From assembly GCA_033442325.1 (NCBI GenBank), contig JAWQFM010000010.1, positions 26,590 to 90,589 of the forward strand: a stretch of 64,000 nt of DNA, in the 5' to 3' direction. Source of the stretch: Salpingoeca rosetta. Taxonomy: Eukaryota; Protista; Choanoflagellata. A program made the translations under genes and the position numbers. The first letter of the stretch is position 1. Every line of letters begins with the position of its first letter. Below, piece after piece: positions 1 to 41,484 of the stretch. The notes beneath the pieces were generated by a model. That model was not told the origin of the DNA. It worked only from the letters and a program-made list of their open reading frames with translations, and made no database searches.

Positions 1-425
1 TACACGTCCGTCTCTGTGCGCGAGGGAAAGACTGCCATCAACAAGATTCGGTGCGCTTTGCCCGCCCTTGCTTCGCACTTGTTGTTCATGCGTGCTGACG
101 TGTGATGGTTTGTTCTTTGACCTCAGCGCAAACACCGACATCGCAAACAAGTCCACACATCCCTTCGACTGGCCTTGACCATATCTCACGTCCCACCCTC
201 TCTCACCCCTCCCGCCCCTCTCACCTCCCGCCCCTCTCCCCTCACACACCGTGGCAGCTGGAACCATGCGGGTAACATGATTGCTGCCGGCGACGCCGAC
301 GGATACGTCTCCGTCTACGACCTGCGCGAGGTGCGCAGCCTTTTCTCTGCTCGTGCCTTCGTGTCTGTGTGTGTGTGTGTGTCTTTGTCTCTGTGTGTGT
401 GTGTCTATGTGTCTGTGTCTGTGTG

Positions 426-467
<42 letters not shown>

Positions 468-694
468 TGTGTGTGTCTGCTTTTGCCCGTATTGTATTCG
501 TGACGTTGTTGTGTTCGTCGCTTCAAGACACCCTCCTCCCCCGTCTCTCCTCACTCGAATCACACGCCCACACGTTCACCCAATCACCATTGCAGCGTCT
601 GAGTGCGCCCAGCAACGATGCCAGCTTGCAGCTGCGGGATGTCCTGGCAGATATGCAGGCCAACCAGTCAGAAGCCGAGCGCCAGGCCCCATGA
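1..694 (+). CDS. DYNC1I: Cytoplasmic dynein intermediate chain, last three exons (partial; 1-50, 258-330, 596-694)
   Basis: GT-AG spliced product YTSVSVREGKTAINKIR/WNHAGNMIAAGDADGYVSVYDLRE/RLSAPSNDASLQLRDVLADMQANQSEAERQAP* matches the last WD40 repeat and tail of cytoplasmic dynein IC (ALNRVRW..SG..IAVGD..G...YD..E.IA.P.ND). Confidence 0.85.
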
Positions 695-1057
695 ACTCAA
701 GTCGCTCTTCCTTCCCTTCCCCTTGTGTTCCTTGCCACGTATCCCATCGTCCTTGTTGTTCGTGTGCATGTATTGTCATGTTGTTTTTGCTCCGCCGTCG
801 CATCTCTCCTTGTCTTGTCGTGTCAGCCGTGTTCCCCCCAACATAACACAACACACCACACCAATCCACAGCCATGCATGCATGAGTACATTGCTGCGCT
901 TGCTGCAGCTGCCTCGCTTGTTGTGTGTCTTCATTACAGAATTTTACTGTAAATCTTGCACCAATTGTCCACCCGCATGTTGTCTTTTTCGCTCTCTCTC
1001 TTGCTCTGCACACACACACGACCGACCTTGCACAAAGAACCCAAGACCACCACCGCA

Positions 1058-5751
<4,694 letters not shown>

Positions 5752-6074
5752 CTGCGTATCACACTTGACACACACCACACAAACACAATCACAAACACAA
5801 ACCTCACACCACACACACACAAGTCTAGTTCCAGACGTTCCTTTGACAAGACACTTTGTTGGTCCTCGTTGCTCCTCCGTTCCTTATTGTCCCCATGACC
5901 CAGAAGAAGAACAAGGAAGGAAGGAAGGAAGACAGTGGGGAAGGAAGACAGTTGTCGTGAGTGGGTGAGGGAGGGTAGACAATAGCGAAGGTGGGTGGTG
6001 TGCATGTGTGACATGACACAACACAGAAAAAATAGGACAACAGCGAATTTCGCTCTTTTGTGCTGACGCGGACA

Positions 6075-15404
<9,330 letters not shown>

Positions 15405-15727
15405 CGTGCCGCGCGCACGATTGATTGCACAATGACATATTTCGACAACCCTACGTTTTCCAGACCCCTTCAACTGGCCGCTCTCCTCGGCTGAACCCTC
15501 TGTCCAATTGTGATACTAGAAGATTGAACTTGATTCTGATGCTGGTTTGAACACCACACACTAAACAACTTCAAAATGAACGAAACTATCAACTTCCGCT
15601 CAAGCATGAACGCAGGGCAAGGCATCAAACACACACACACACACACACATACACACATACACACACACATACACACATACACACATACACACACACACAT
15701 ACACACACACAAAATTACAGGGTGCTG

Positions 15728-21716
<5,989 letters not shown>

Positions 21717-22100
21717 CACCGCAGGTTTGACTTTCCCCTTGCCGAGCCGCTGCTGCCCACTGTTCGCCCTTGCCTGTCTGCCTGCTGTGGTGGGTCTTCC
21801 ACGTCAGCTGTTGTTGTCGTCGTTGTTGCTCTTGACACAGTGTGCAGTGTAGAGAAGTAGCGAATGATTTGTGATAATTTTCACGGCTTGGATGGTTGGC
21901 GACACCCCCAACAAACAAAAATCCAAACACGCCACCCAGTCAAACGCACCCACCTCAAGCAAGCAAGCAACGGCTCGCTCGGTCAATCACACAACACCCA
22001 ATCTTCCCGGCACGGCATCGCCTTGCTGTATCGCCTTGCTTTGCTGTTTCGCAAGCCAGCACATCATCCAGGCCACTTGAGATAGCGGATGCATGCCACC

Positions 22101-23593
22101 ATGAGCGTGGTGCCATCCAAACGTCGTGAGCACCACCACGCCCACGCCCACGACGGCAGCCCAGACGCACGCGAAGTTTCGTTGGGACAACGCTCAACAA
22201 CGCGTGAACGGTTGCCTCCTACGCTGGATGAGGATGCCGGAAGTCGCCGCCGCCGCCACAGTGCACGCAGGGACGAATCTGGCAGCGAGAGAGCTGGCAG
22301 GAAACAGGGTCGCCAAGGGAAACAACAGCAACACCAGCAGCAGCACCAGCAGCAGCGACACGTGGGTGGCTGGCGTCGCAGCACGTCGAAGCAGCATGCG
22401 GAGGTGGCCAAAGCCATCCACGAGCTGGAGCAGGGCTGGGACGCCTCCACGTTCCTCACCACCGAGCGCAGCATGACATCGATTACGCGCACCGATCCCG
22501 CGACTCGCCGCCCCCGTGCTGACCTGACAACAGCTGGACTGCCATCACCCTACGCGACTCCGGCCAAGGCCTCCCAGCGCTCTGTTTCAGCAAAGGGCCG
22601 CTCTGCCTCGCACGACAGCCTGCGCATCGTCACCATGCTGGGCACGCCATCAGCGGCACTAACGTCAACGCCGCCCCGTCAGAGGAGCGTACAAAGCGCC
22701 ACAACCCCGCGCACCCCAAATCGCATGCTCACACAGCGGCGCAGCTTGTCTGCCCGCCCCACAGTCCCCATCACAGCTCAGTGAGTACACACACCAGCAA
22801 GCAGACAGCGTTTTGTGTGCTTGCACACGCGTGTATGTGCAGGTGGCTGCGTGCGCGTGTTCTTACATGTACCTCTGCGTGCGTGCGTGCATGGGCGTTT
22901 GTGTTCCAGTCTCGTTGATGTCAACCACCACTCACTTTGGCCTCTTGTGGAAAAACACACGACGCTGCAGCATGAAACTGGAGTTTGTTGGCCGAACCCC
23001 GCACAATCACAGAGTAAGTGCTGCTGCTGCTGCTGTGCTGCTGCCGTTTCTGTAGCTTGCTAGACGGTTTTGATGGATTGCAAAGTCCTTAGCGGATTGG
23101 AAGTGCAATCCTTGTGTATGGTACAGCGCGCACAGGGTAATGTATGCGATTTTGTATGTCGTGGTGGTGGTAGGTATTGTACTCTGTTCAACAGCACCTG
23201 TCAACGAAGCGGCGCACCGTCCCTCTCTTCTGCGGCCTTGTCAAGGTCCGCGCGTGTGTGTGTGTGTGTATGTGTTTCTGTGTGTCTCTGTGTGTTTCTG
23301 TGTGTCTGCGTGTCTGTCTGTGTTTCTGTGTGTCTGTCTGTGTGTCTGTGTGTCTGTGTGCGTCACACCTCCTGTCCACCTGCCTTCCTTCCTTCCTGCC
23401 CGTACATCTCTGTACACTGCATTGCACTTATCAACATTGAATGCACAGCCATCTCACGTTTCTCTCTTTCCATTTTCTCCTCCTATCATCATGCTTGCAT
23501 TTACACGTGATCAGGCTGGTGATACTATGCGCTTGGATGTGGTGACGGGGGAGCCACGCCTCGTGCTCGTCGTAAGCACACACACACACACAC

Positions 23594-23635
<42 letters not shown>

Positions 23636-26600
23636 GCACACACACACGCACACACACACACACACAGACATACACACACAGACACACACACGCACACACA
23701 CACAGACACACACACGCACGCACGCACGCACCTATGCACGCACAACTGCACATTTCCACACGGCATACATGTATTCGTGCATCAAAGCCGCTCCTCCCCC
23801 CCCCCCCCAAAAAAGCTGTGCGACTCGCCCAGCCGCTCACCTGCGTGGTTTGCATGCTTGCACTGCAGGTGCACCGTGACCACGTGGTGTCGGAGAAGTG
23901 GACATCGTGCTGCCAATATGGGATGCGCATCGGAGCGCGACCTGGCGGGCGCTCGGGCCAGTTTGTTCTCGGTACGCGTGCACTGTTGTTGCATGATCAC
24001 ATTCACTGATCCACGCACGCCACTTCGCCCGCACCCTCACCTGCAAATCAAATTCAGTGCTTCTTTGCCCCACTGCAATTGCGTGTTGCCCTCACTATCC
24101 GCGTACTCACACACCCTCCCCTGTTCCCCTTGCTTCACGAACGGCAACCCCTACAATCACCACCCCACCACTTTTGCGTACATGCGTGCGTGCGTGCACA
24201 GCGGCTGCTGCTGGACGCCCGTGCCTGCGGTGTCAGGTTCGCGGTGCATTGCGTAATGGCGGCGGCCGCGGCTTTTGGTCCGAGGACAACACCATCACAG
24301 ACGACTACACAACAGCCAGCACCACCATTCACGACAGCAGCAGCGGCAGCGGCAGTGGCGTGCCCTCGTCATCAGCATCATCGCCGTCCACGCAGAAACG
24401 GACTGCAGGGGCCGGCAGTGCTCGCTCACAGCGTGCTCGCCCCAATGCTCATGACGGTTACGATGATGATTTCGATTCGTACTCGCAAACTGACGACGGC
24501 AACGACAGCAGCAGCAGCCGTGATGGCAGGTCAGCAGCGAACAAGTACACGGGTAGCAGCAGCAGTAGTGGTGATCACTCAGGCAGTCATGATGACAACG
24601 ATGATGACGTACACGCTGATGCTACTGCGAGAAGTGGAGATGATCTCCGTGCTGGCATCAACATCGCTCCACCATTGCACCAAACAAGACGCAACCAACA
24701 CCGCGCCCGTCCACCATCCTCTTCCTCCTCCCACCGCCGCCCTGGCAGCGCCACCACTCGCCGGCAGCAGCGCCAACCCAAATCCGCACCGGCGCTGCGG
24801 CGAGCAGCAAGCCGTGATCACAGCCGTGGTGTTGGTGGTGGCGGTGGTGGTCGAGGGATAAAACCAAACGGGCGGCCGATGACTGCAGGTGGTGCTGCAC
24901 TGCGAGGGAGCAGACGCGGGGACAGCAGATCCGCTGATGATGTTCATGGCGGTGATATGTTCGGCGACAGGGAGGGACCAGTGACTCCGATGGCACACGG
25001 GCGACACATGTTGGAGGGAGTTGAAGGTGTGGCGGGGATGGGTGATGGCGGCAACGCATCAGCGGAGGACACGTGCGGTGCACGGAATGAAGGCGGAGAT
25101 GGCCGCGAAGTCGAACGGGGCATTGTTGGCGGGGGAGAAGCTGATGCGATCGTGCTGAAACGTGAACAGAAACAGGGGGCGGAAGACCTGGAAGATAAGA
25201 TGGAGGAAGAAGGAAAAGAGGTGGAGGTGGAAGAAGAAGAAGAACGCAAAGTGGGAGTGGAAGACAAGGAGAAGGAAGAAGAAGAAGAGAAAGATGCGGG
25301 AGAAGAGGAGTACCAGCACCAGCACCAGCACCAGCAGCCGCAGCAACGGGCTGCAGTTGAGGACGAGATTCCCAGGCGTGAAGGAGAGGAAGAAAAGCAA
25401 AGAAAAGAGGAGCACATGCAGCGTGCAGACGACGCCGTCGCTTCGCCGCCGCCATTTCAATGGCCGGGAGAGGTGGAGCAAGCAAGTGAACCACTAACAC
25501 GTTCCCCAGATCACACACAAGACACGAGTAATCCCTCGCCATCGATGGTGCCAGCTAGCGATGATGATGAAGAGCACTATGGCCGCAGCAATGCTGAAGA
25601 TGACAATGAAGCTGGTGATTCAGAGGACGTAGCGGTGGCGATGGCTGCAGATGCAGCACTCCTCTCCGCCACCGCTATTGGCCTTCCGCTTCTGATTCAC
25701 GCACCAGCAGACGCACCCCCGCTCTCATTCAGGTTCGTGTGCGCATCTGTGTCTGTCCGTCTGTCTGTTTGTCTGCATCCGTGTTCGTGTGTGTGTGTGT
25801 GTGTGTGTGTGTCTGCATCTGTGTCTGTCCGTCTGTCCGTTTGTCTGCATCCGTGTTCGTGTGTGTGTGTCTGCATCCGTGCATGTATGTGTGTGTGTAT
25901 GTGTGTGTGTGTGTGCGTGGATACGCCTCCGTCTCCCACTCTCTGCCTGTCTGTGTATGGGTATGTTTTGTTGGTTTGATTTCATACCCTCCTTCCCCAG
26001 CATGACTGCGTTCCTTGACTGACACTGTCTGTCTTCTCCCCCACATACCCCTCCTCCTTTCCCCTTTCCCTTCCATTCTCGACTGTCCACATTTGCGCGT
26101 GTGCACAGGAACGCGTCGCCGGTGCACCGGGAGATTTTTCCGATCGTTGAGGAGACGGAGCCCGAGTCCGGGGCAACGACGCCATACACATCCAAGCACG
26201 CGTCGCACGCCGTGCCGCCGGCACCAGCCCTCATGCGCCAGCAGGGGCGGACGGGCAGCGCTGTGCAGATGGGCACCAGTCGTGGTGGTGCTCCCAGCAC
26301 GAGCGTCGATGATGATGACGCTGGTGGAGATGGTGACGAAGATGACGCTGGTGGTGAGGCCACGTCGCACAATGCGAGCAGCGATGCGGTGGAGGAGGAG
26401 CTGGCAGCGCTGGTGATGGCCTCTGTTGTCCAACAGAGCACCGACCACACCACCGCCACCAACAACAACGACGACAACGACCAGACCATCACCACCACTT
26501 CCGATGTCAGTGGTGGGCGCAACATCCATGATGGCAGACACCTCCGGCCCTGTGGTGGTGGAGCCAACGACCATGACGGTGATGACGATGATGACACGAC

Positions 26601-27051
26601 AACCGATGATGACGATGAGGTGTTGGGTGGAGCAGTGCAGGCCAGACGCGTGCGGAGAAACCGGCGGCCAATGTCTGCTCGCCGGCGAACACCGCGCGCA
26701 CAGCACGCTGCGACCACGAAGGAGGGTGGTGATGGTGGTGGAGAGTCTGGAAACGAATCAGACTGGGAAGGGCTGCGTAATGAATGCGATGATGGTGGTG
26801 GCAGTGGCGATGGTGGTGGCAGCCACAGCAGCGGCGGCGGCGGCTTGGCGCGCATGATGCGACAGCGTGGTGGCGATGCGGAGAGCAACGCGTACGACTC
26901 GGATGAGGACGGGTCGCTGCTGTCTGGGGGGCAGTTCACCCCGCGCATTGTGATGCAGCAGCAGGAGACGCATGATTTTGATCTTGACGAGCTGTTCGCT
27001 TCCGATGAGGAGGACGTTTATTACGAGGAACAGCCACATAGGGACCAGTAG
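22101..27051 (+). CDS. ERICH3-like (DUF4590) protein with long acidic low-complexity C-terminus, multi-exon
   Basis: gccaccATG start. Spliced exons [10 protein letters not shown]...LCMVQR...[38 protein letters not shown] resemble the DUF4590 motif SCCEYKHRKGSRLGGKRGYF....SPCYKC, followed by E/D-rich exons as in ERICH3. Confidence 0.65.
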
Positions 27052-27462
27052 AAGCAACATGTGGTGTGGTGTGTGTGTGTGTGTTGCGACGGGACTGCGT
27101 GTCGTGATGGGTGATAGCAGCGTACGGGATTTGTGTTGATGGGAACGCAATAGTGTGTGTATGCAACAGTAGCCATAGAACATGAGAGGGTGGTGAGGAA
27201 TGGACGCCCCAAATGATGTAGACATGCATGATTTCGTGTGAATACTGGGCGCTGGGAGCATATTATGTTTTAGACACGGTTTAGTTGCTTGCATGCATCC
27301 CCCTCATTATAACCGGACCAATAAACACTGTGTACACACCCATGTCGATGTGGGCTCACGCGAACGCTTTCGGGGGGATTAAGAGTGCTGCTGTTGTTGT
27401 CGTTGACTGCAATTGGTAACGCCGCTGCATACTGCTACTGACTACTGCTGGTATTGCTGGTA

Positions 27463-27495
<33 letters not shown>

Positions 27496-27499
27496 GTGC

Positions 27500-30001
<2,502 letters not shown>

Positions 30002-30231
30002 TGGGTATCGCTCAATTATAATGTCCTCAGTGGGCAAAAAATGGGACACGAGAAAAAGCCATCACAGGGGTGTGTGGGGCTTCAGAGACGCCAAAACCCC
30101 AAAAAAAGAGCTCTTCGAGAGCTCTCCAATGAGCCAAAAATCACCTTCGTGCGATGTGTGTGTGGTGGTGGGTGACTGTTTTACTGAGCAGCAACACCTT
30201 CGCACAAAATCACCCCCACAAACAGGTATGA

Positions 30232-30331
30232 NNNNNNNNNNNNNNNNNNNNNNNNNNNNNNNNNNNNNNNNNNNNNNNNNNNNNNNNNNNNNNNNNNNNN
30301 NNNNNNNNNNNNNNNNNNNNNNNNNNNNNNN
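30232..30331. other. Assembly gap (100 N) inside the transposon
   Basis: Run of N. Confidence 0.99.
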
Positions 30332-30344
30332 GTAGTAGTGTCCT

Positions 30345-33199
30345 TTAGATGCTCACGCCGTGAAAGAAGTCTCTTGATGTTCGCAGCTGCTCGTGACGCT
30401 TGGCGGAGAGGGTGATGGTGGGAACACGCTCACCATCAGTGAAGATGCCCGCGTGTATGTGCTCTGGCCCAACGCCAGGCCGAAGCAGATTCACTTCCGC
30501 CCATTCGTCTGAAGTTGATGCGCGGTAGCGAACAACACCCAGTCTGTCCTTGTCGAAGAAGAAGTGCTTGTACTTGGTTGGTTTGAGCTGCTTCTGCTGA
30601 CAAAAGAGGAGGCCAAGGCGTGCGGTGTGGTTGTAGATGGGGACTGATGCCGCGTTGGTCACGGCGTTGGCCACAGAAGAGCGCTCGACGATGTCCATAA
30701 ACTGTGTAGGCGTGAACACGTCCTCCGTCTTGAGCTTTCGCTTGACGAGGCCAAAGAAGGCATCGTGCAGGCCCTTCGTGTGGCCCTGAAGGAGAAAATG
30801 ATAGTACACCGAGCACTTGAACACGTGCGCGTATGAAGCGAAGAAGAACAAGAACGTCCAGTTCTTGTTTTGTGCGCCGCAGTTGTCGGCCATCGCGTAG
30901 AGGACGTCACGCCTGCCAATCGATGTCAGGCGGTGATAGACGAGGGACACAATGAGGTTGGCGCCGCGAACCTTCGGCGAGTCTTGCTCGTGCCAGACGT
31001 AATTCATTTGGGTGCGCCGCGCCAGGTCTGTCACACCAAACGCCTCCACCTTCAAACCGCTCTCGTAATAGAACGCCTGGCATTGTGAACACAACGTGCG
31101 CAACAGGGTGAGACAAGGTCGAGAACAAACCGAGCTCACAGCAGTACCCCTATCCCTCATCCTCACCCCCCTTTCACACATCACCCCAGCTTGCCTTTCT
31201 TTGCTCCAGGAAGTGAGGGAGGCGAGTTGTGCCTGCCATGTCGAAGCTGATGACGTGGTGATCTGCCTTCCCACCAAACTCAGTCCAATCGTTCATAAAC
31301 TTGCGCTCGGCCTTTGCCATCTTCAGGTGCTGAATAAGGAACTCCCACATCTATCGAGTGAAGCGGTGAAGTTGCCAGAATGAGTGGTCACGCGCACGCG
31401 CGCACACACACACACACACACGCGCGCACACACACACGCACGCACACACATACATACACACGCACGCACGCACACGCACACACACGCACACACGGAGTTG
31501 TACCTTGCCGCTCTTCAGCTTCGAGCACGTGTCACACACATCCGTGCGGGTCTTGGCGTGTCCGATGTGCTTGAGATATTTTGCCCACACGCGCTTGAAC
31601 GTGGCCAGCGACGTCTGATCACCTGTTGCAGCCAGCATGCACACGACAAGGGTCTGTAAGCACCAGCGGAGCAACAGCGACTGGCAAGCATGCACACACA
31701 GACACACGCACACGATCATACCGTACCCGTGGCGGACTGGTAGCGTTTGTGGAGTTGTGCCCTCGACAAGGAGATGGGCAGCAGTACTTTGGCCCCGCGT
31801 CCCGCAGGATTCGGCAGCCCGTGCATCGAGGCCACCCACTTGATGAAGTGAACAACGCGTTGGGCAGTGAACACCCCACGACCCTTGAGATGTTGTCCGT
31901 GAAGCGATGGCCGCGGCACAATGACACCCGCCTTTACGTCTCGGGTTGCCTCCTTGATGACTCGACCTCCAATCCCAAGCACGTTCCGGAAGCCTTCTCT
32001 GCACAGCGGCACGCCCAGGACGCGGTAGTCGATAGTGAGTCTGCTCCGGTCCGGCACGTGCTCTTGCCACCCGTCCTCGCACGGAGCATCATCCCGCCCA
32101 TTGCCAACCTGCCATGGCGGCACCTTCAGGCTCGTGGAGACGATGGACTGCACCATGCGACGGCGGTCATGCTGGCTGAGTTCGAACACCTGGCATCGGA
32201 GACTCTCAAGTGTGCCCGCGCCAAAGGTCTTCCAGCACTTGCCAGCCTTGCCAGCAGCACACTTGCACTGGCGTATTCCGCATGGCTTTGACTGCTGCGA
32301 CTTGGTGGCGGTTGCTGGTGGTTGTGGGATGAGTGTGTCAACGACCTCGGCCACTTGTGGCAGAAGAGCAGTCGAGCAATAGTGCTCGTTGGCAACAAGG
32401 TCGATCGGCGGCGCATCGTTTCGCTGTTGCTGCTGCTGCTGCTGCTGCTGTTGTTGTCGAGGGCGCTTTGGTGGCGGGCTGCTAAGCAGTCGCGACAGGT
32501 GTGGTTGGAATTGAATAGGGATCGGGAGAGGAGGGGCAGCTGAAGCCGGCACTGGAGCACGTGGGTGCATTAGACTCGCTGGCAGTGGCAGCGGCGGTGG
32601 TCTTGGCTGCGAGCCGCTTGTGTCCGGAAGTGCCACGGCTGTCCCATGCACCTCCTGTGACACGGCGGGCGAAGACGGTGGAAGGCGCGGAGATGAGACG
32701 TTCACTGGCGTTGGCGGCACCTCTTCCTCACACAGGAGCGACAATGATGGAGAGAGTGGTGTGTCTTGAACATCATCACCACCATCATCATCATCATCGT
32801 CGTCGTCGTCGTCGTCGTCGTCATCGTCATCGTCACCAGCGTTGTCGCCCTCAAGGAGGGATGTCATGCGAAGAGGTCTGCAAAGAATACAGGCGCAAGG
32901 AGAGGGCAGAGTGATGAGTACTCATGCTCGCCAGAGCGTTCGCATACACCACCACCACATCACTGCTGCAAGCTGACAAGAAAGCAAGCGACGCACCCGC
33001 CAAAGTACTCCTTGTTAATGAAATCGTTCCCAGTGCGCAAAGCTTCGTTGCACTCGGCGCTTGCAGTGCTGAGGGGCGACACCGTGCGCTCTTCCGCATC
33101 ATTCTGCATCAGCATCAGCAGTGCTGTTGCCACTTCTTCCCGAGCAGCACCATCATCAAACACCTCCTCCTCACCCTCAAAGTCGCCATCAACATTCAT
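30345..33199 (-). CDS. Sola-family DDD transposase, at least 5 exons (3' end may continue into the gap)
   Basis: Cys cluster CGIRQCKC..KCW, LCREGFRNVLGIG, RTDVCDTCSKL, catalytic motifs ISFD, ADNCGAQNKN and GHTKGLHDAFFGLVKRK typical of Sola transposases; exons splice in frame. Confidence 0.88.
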
Positions 33200-33466
33200 C
33201 GTCGTGGTGGTGTGCCGCTCAAAAAACAACCTCCCAACTTTGTTTGTCGATTTTCACCACTTTCCCGACGAGTTTGAGATTTTGGCGGATTGCGATTCTG
33301 GCTTGGGTGGTAATTTTGCAAGCGCTCGTTGACTGACTTCTCGTTGTCAGATCCGAACGAAACCAACACCATCGGAAAGAGCGCTCAAAGACGCCCTAGA
33401 CGCTTCCATCAGCTCACATCACAACGAAAAGCCACTGAGGACATTATAATTGAGCGATACCCACAT

Positions 33467-33604
33467 GGTTGCTGCGCAGTGTCTGCTGTGCCACTGCTGC
33501 CTGCTTTGCAAAAATTGCCGACTGAAATCAGGTTTGCGCAGTACAATTTGCAAAGAACCGCAAGGAAGGAAGAACAACGCAACAAGCAAGCAAGACAAGC
33601 AGAG
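33467..33604. promoter_or_regulatory. Probable short bidirectional promoter between PET100 and the displaced minus-strand gene
   Basis: 138 bp between two divergent ATGs in the reconstructed empty site; inference only, no motif identified. Confidence 0.5.
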
Positions 33605-33722
33605 ATGGCGGGTCCTGGCATGGAGATCTTCCGCATGACCTTCTATGTCATGCTGCCAAGTGAGCAACAACAGTTGTCTTGCCTGCACTGTGCTGTGGTG
33701 TGCTTTGTGGTTGCCAGCTGTG

Positions 33723-33763
<41 letters not shown>

Positions 33764-34012
33764 GTGTTTGTGTGTCTGTCTGTCTGTGTCTGTCTGTGTG
33801 TCTGTGTCTGTCTGTCTGTCTGTCTCATCAACAGTGCTTGTTGTCAACCTTCAATTGTGCATGCGTGAGCGTGGCGTCTTCTCACCCAATGGCGCATCCA
33901 CACACACGCACACACACACACACTCGCAGTTGGCATGTTCTACTACTTTGGCCTTCCAGACTTTTACAAGAACCAAGTGCTCCCTGCCTTTGTAAGCAAC
34001 ACTCAAGAGGAG

Positions 34013-34058
<46 letters not shown>

Positions 34059-34673
34059 AATATATGTGTGCACGTGTGCGTCTGTCTGTGTGTATATGTG
34101 TGTGTGCCTGTGTGTGAGTTGTGTGTGCCTGTGTATCTGTGTAAGAGACAGTGTGTGTGTATGTGTATGTGTGCTGGTGTGTGTACGTTGTACACGTGCT
34201 TATGTATTGGCAGTTGCCTGCTTCTCTCTCGTGTGTGTTTTGTTCGGAAGCTACACACGTGGGATTTTGTCACATGGCCTTTATGCTCACATGCCGCTCG
34301 TGTAACCGTGTGATCGCTGGCAGAAAAAGGTGTATCCAGATGACATGCCAACACAGGTACCTTCACACGTCTTTGTATGTTTGCCTGTATGGCAGCGTCA
34401 CTTATGGTGTCGACTTGTGCCCCCCCCCCTCTCTCTCTCTTTCTCTCTTGGTGCTGCTCACTCTCCACTCTACTCAGACGTTTGCACTGTTCTTGAGGAC
34501 TCACGTTGCTCTGGCCTCCTGCTTCTCCCCTCCTCCGTTCTCCTTGCTCGGCAACTGCGCAGAGTGTGCCCACAACCCCTGAGGGCAACAAGGAGCTACT
34601 GGACCAATTAATAGCTGCGCGGCGTAAGCGTCAGGCCGAGGCACAGAACCAACAGCAGCAGCAGCAGGAGTAG
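33605..34673 (+). CDS. PET100: Cytochrome c oxidase assembly factor PET100 (exons 33605-33659, 33930-33991, 34324-34356, 34563-34673)
   Basis: MAGPGMEIFRMTFYVMLPIGMFYYFGLPDFYKNQVLPAFKKVYPDDMPTQSVPTTPEGNKELLDQLIAARRKRQ.. matches the Pet100 pattern LE(I/V)F(R/K)..Y..FP(I/V)G..YYF. Confidence 0.85.
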
Positions 34674-35194
34674 GGACTGGGTGCATGTGACTGTAAATGT
34701 GGGTTCGTGGGTGTAAATGTAAATGTGGGTTTGTTGGTGAGTGTGGGTGTGTTAATGTTGGCGTTGGTATGGGGATGACGCCAAAGTATGTGTGTGTGTG
34801 TGTATTTGTGTTGGCTTAAGAACAGGGCGTGCGCTGCTGTTCCCTTTTCAGCTGTCGTCATGCTGGTGTCTTTATGTTCATCGTGTGTTGTACTCGCGCT
34901 GATTTCAAAACAACTCCAACTGAGACCGCAACAGCTGCTGTGGCGTGCCTCACATAAACAGCTGCATATCCAACGCTTCTAGCCAGCACAGCAAGAGTTC
35001 CGTGGCCGTTGACATTCGCGATGCAAACACATAAACACATAAACACACACACACATAAACACACACGTACACACACATACACACACACAAATGACACCCA
35101 CACATAAACACACACGTACACACACATACACACACACACAAATGACACACACACACACATAGACGTACACCAGGGCAGTGCGCGTGCGCTAGGG

Positions 35195-40745
<5,551 letters not shown>

Positions 40746-40846
40746 CCTGTGCTGTGTTGTTGTTGCTCTTCTTGGCTCAACGTGGCTTCAAGTAAAAGTG
40801 CATCGAATCTCGGGGATGCTTCTTCCACGTGTTTTGTGCCTTTTTG

Positions 40847-40945
<99 letters not shown>

Positions 40946-41484
40946 CGTGTGTGTGTGCACTCGCTCGTTCAACCAGTACATCCCCCGCCCCCTTCCGTCT
41001 CCTCCAGGTCTTACAACAAACAGCATACACCGTTTCTTCAGCTTTCATTTCACTGCAAAGGATTCACTCAAGCACAAGGCTGAAAAGGAAAAGGACATCG
41101 TGTCACGAAACGAAAGAACAGATGAATGGCAATGAACGATGGACCAGTAACCGCTGAGTAGGCATGAAGGCAGAGACAAAAGGCGAACTGCTGATGGATG
41201 GGAAGGATTTGCGTGTGATGAACATGATGATGGGATGACGAAAGGATGCTAATGAATGAATGAATGAATGAATGAACGCAAGCACGAGCGCGATCCAAGG
41301 ATAACAAAAAGAGAGAGAGAGAGAGAGAGACAGAGGGAGAGACGGAGAGAAAGTGCAACAGAATACGCACTCCACTTGATACGCAATACAGATACACACA
41401 CACACACACAAAAGCAAGGTCATGGTGTTGTTACATGCAATATGGGAGATTTGAGAGGAATGCGAGAGACTGACGCGGGGCCGA

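Larger units (their letters stand above)
30002..33463 (-). mobile_element. Sola-type (Sola2-like) DNA transposon, apparently full length, with 32-bp perfect TIRs and CAT target duplication
   Basis: TGGGTATCGCTCAATTATAATGTCCTCAGTGG at 30002-30033 is the exact reverse complement of 33432-33463; CAT flanks both ends (29999-30001, 33464-33466); internal transposase gene. Confidence 0.92.
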
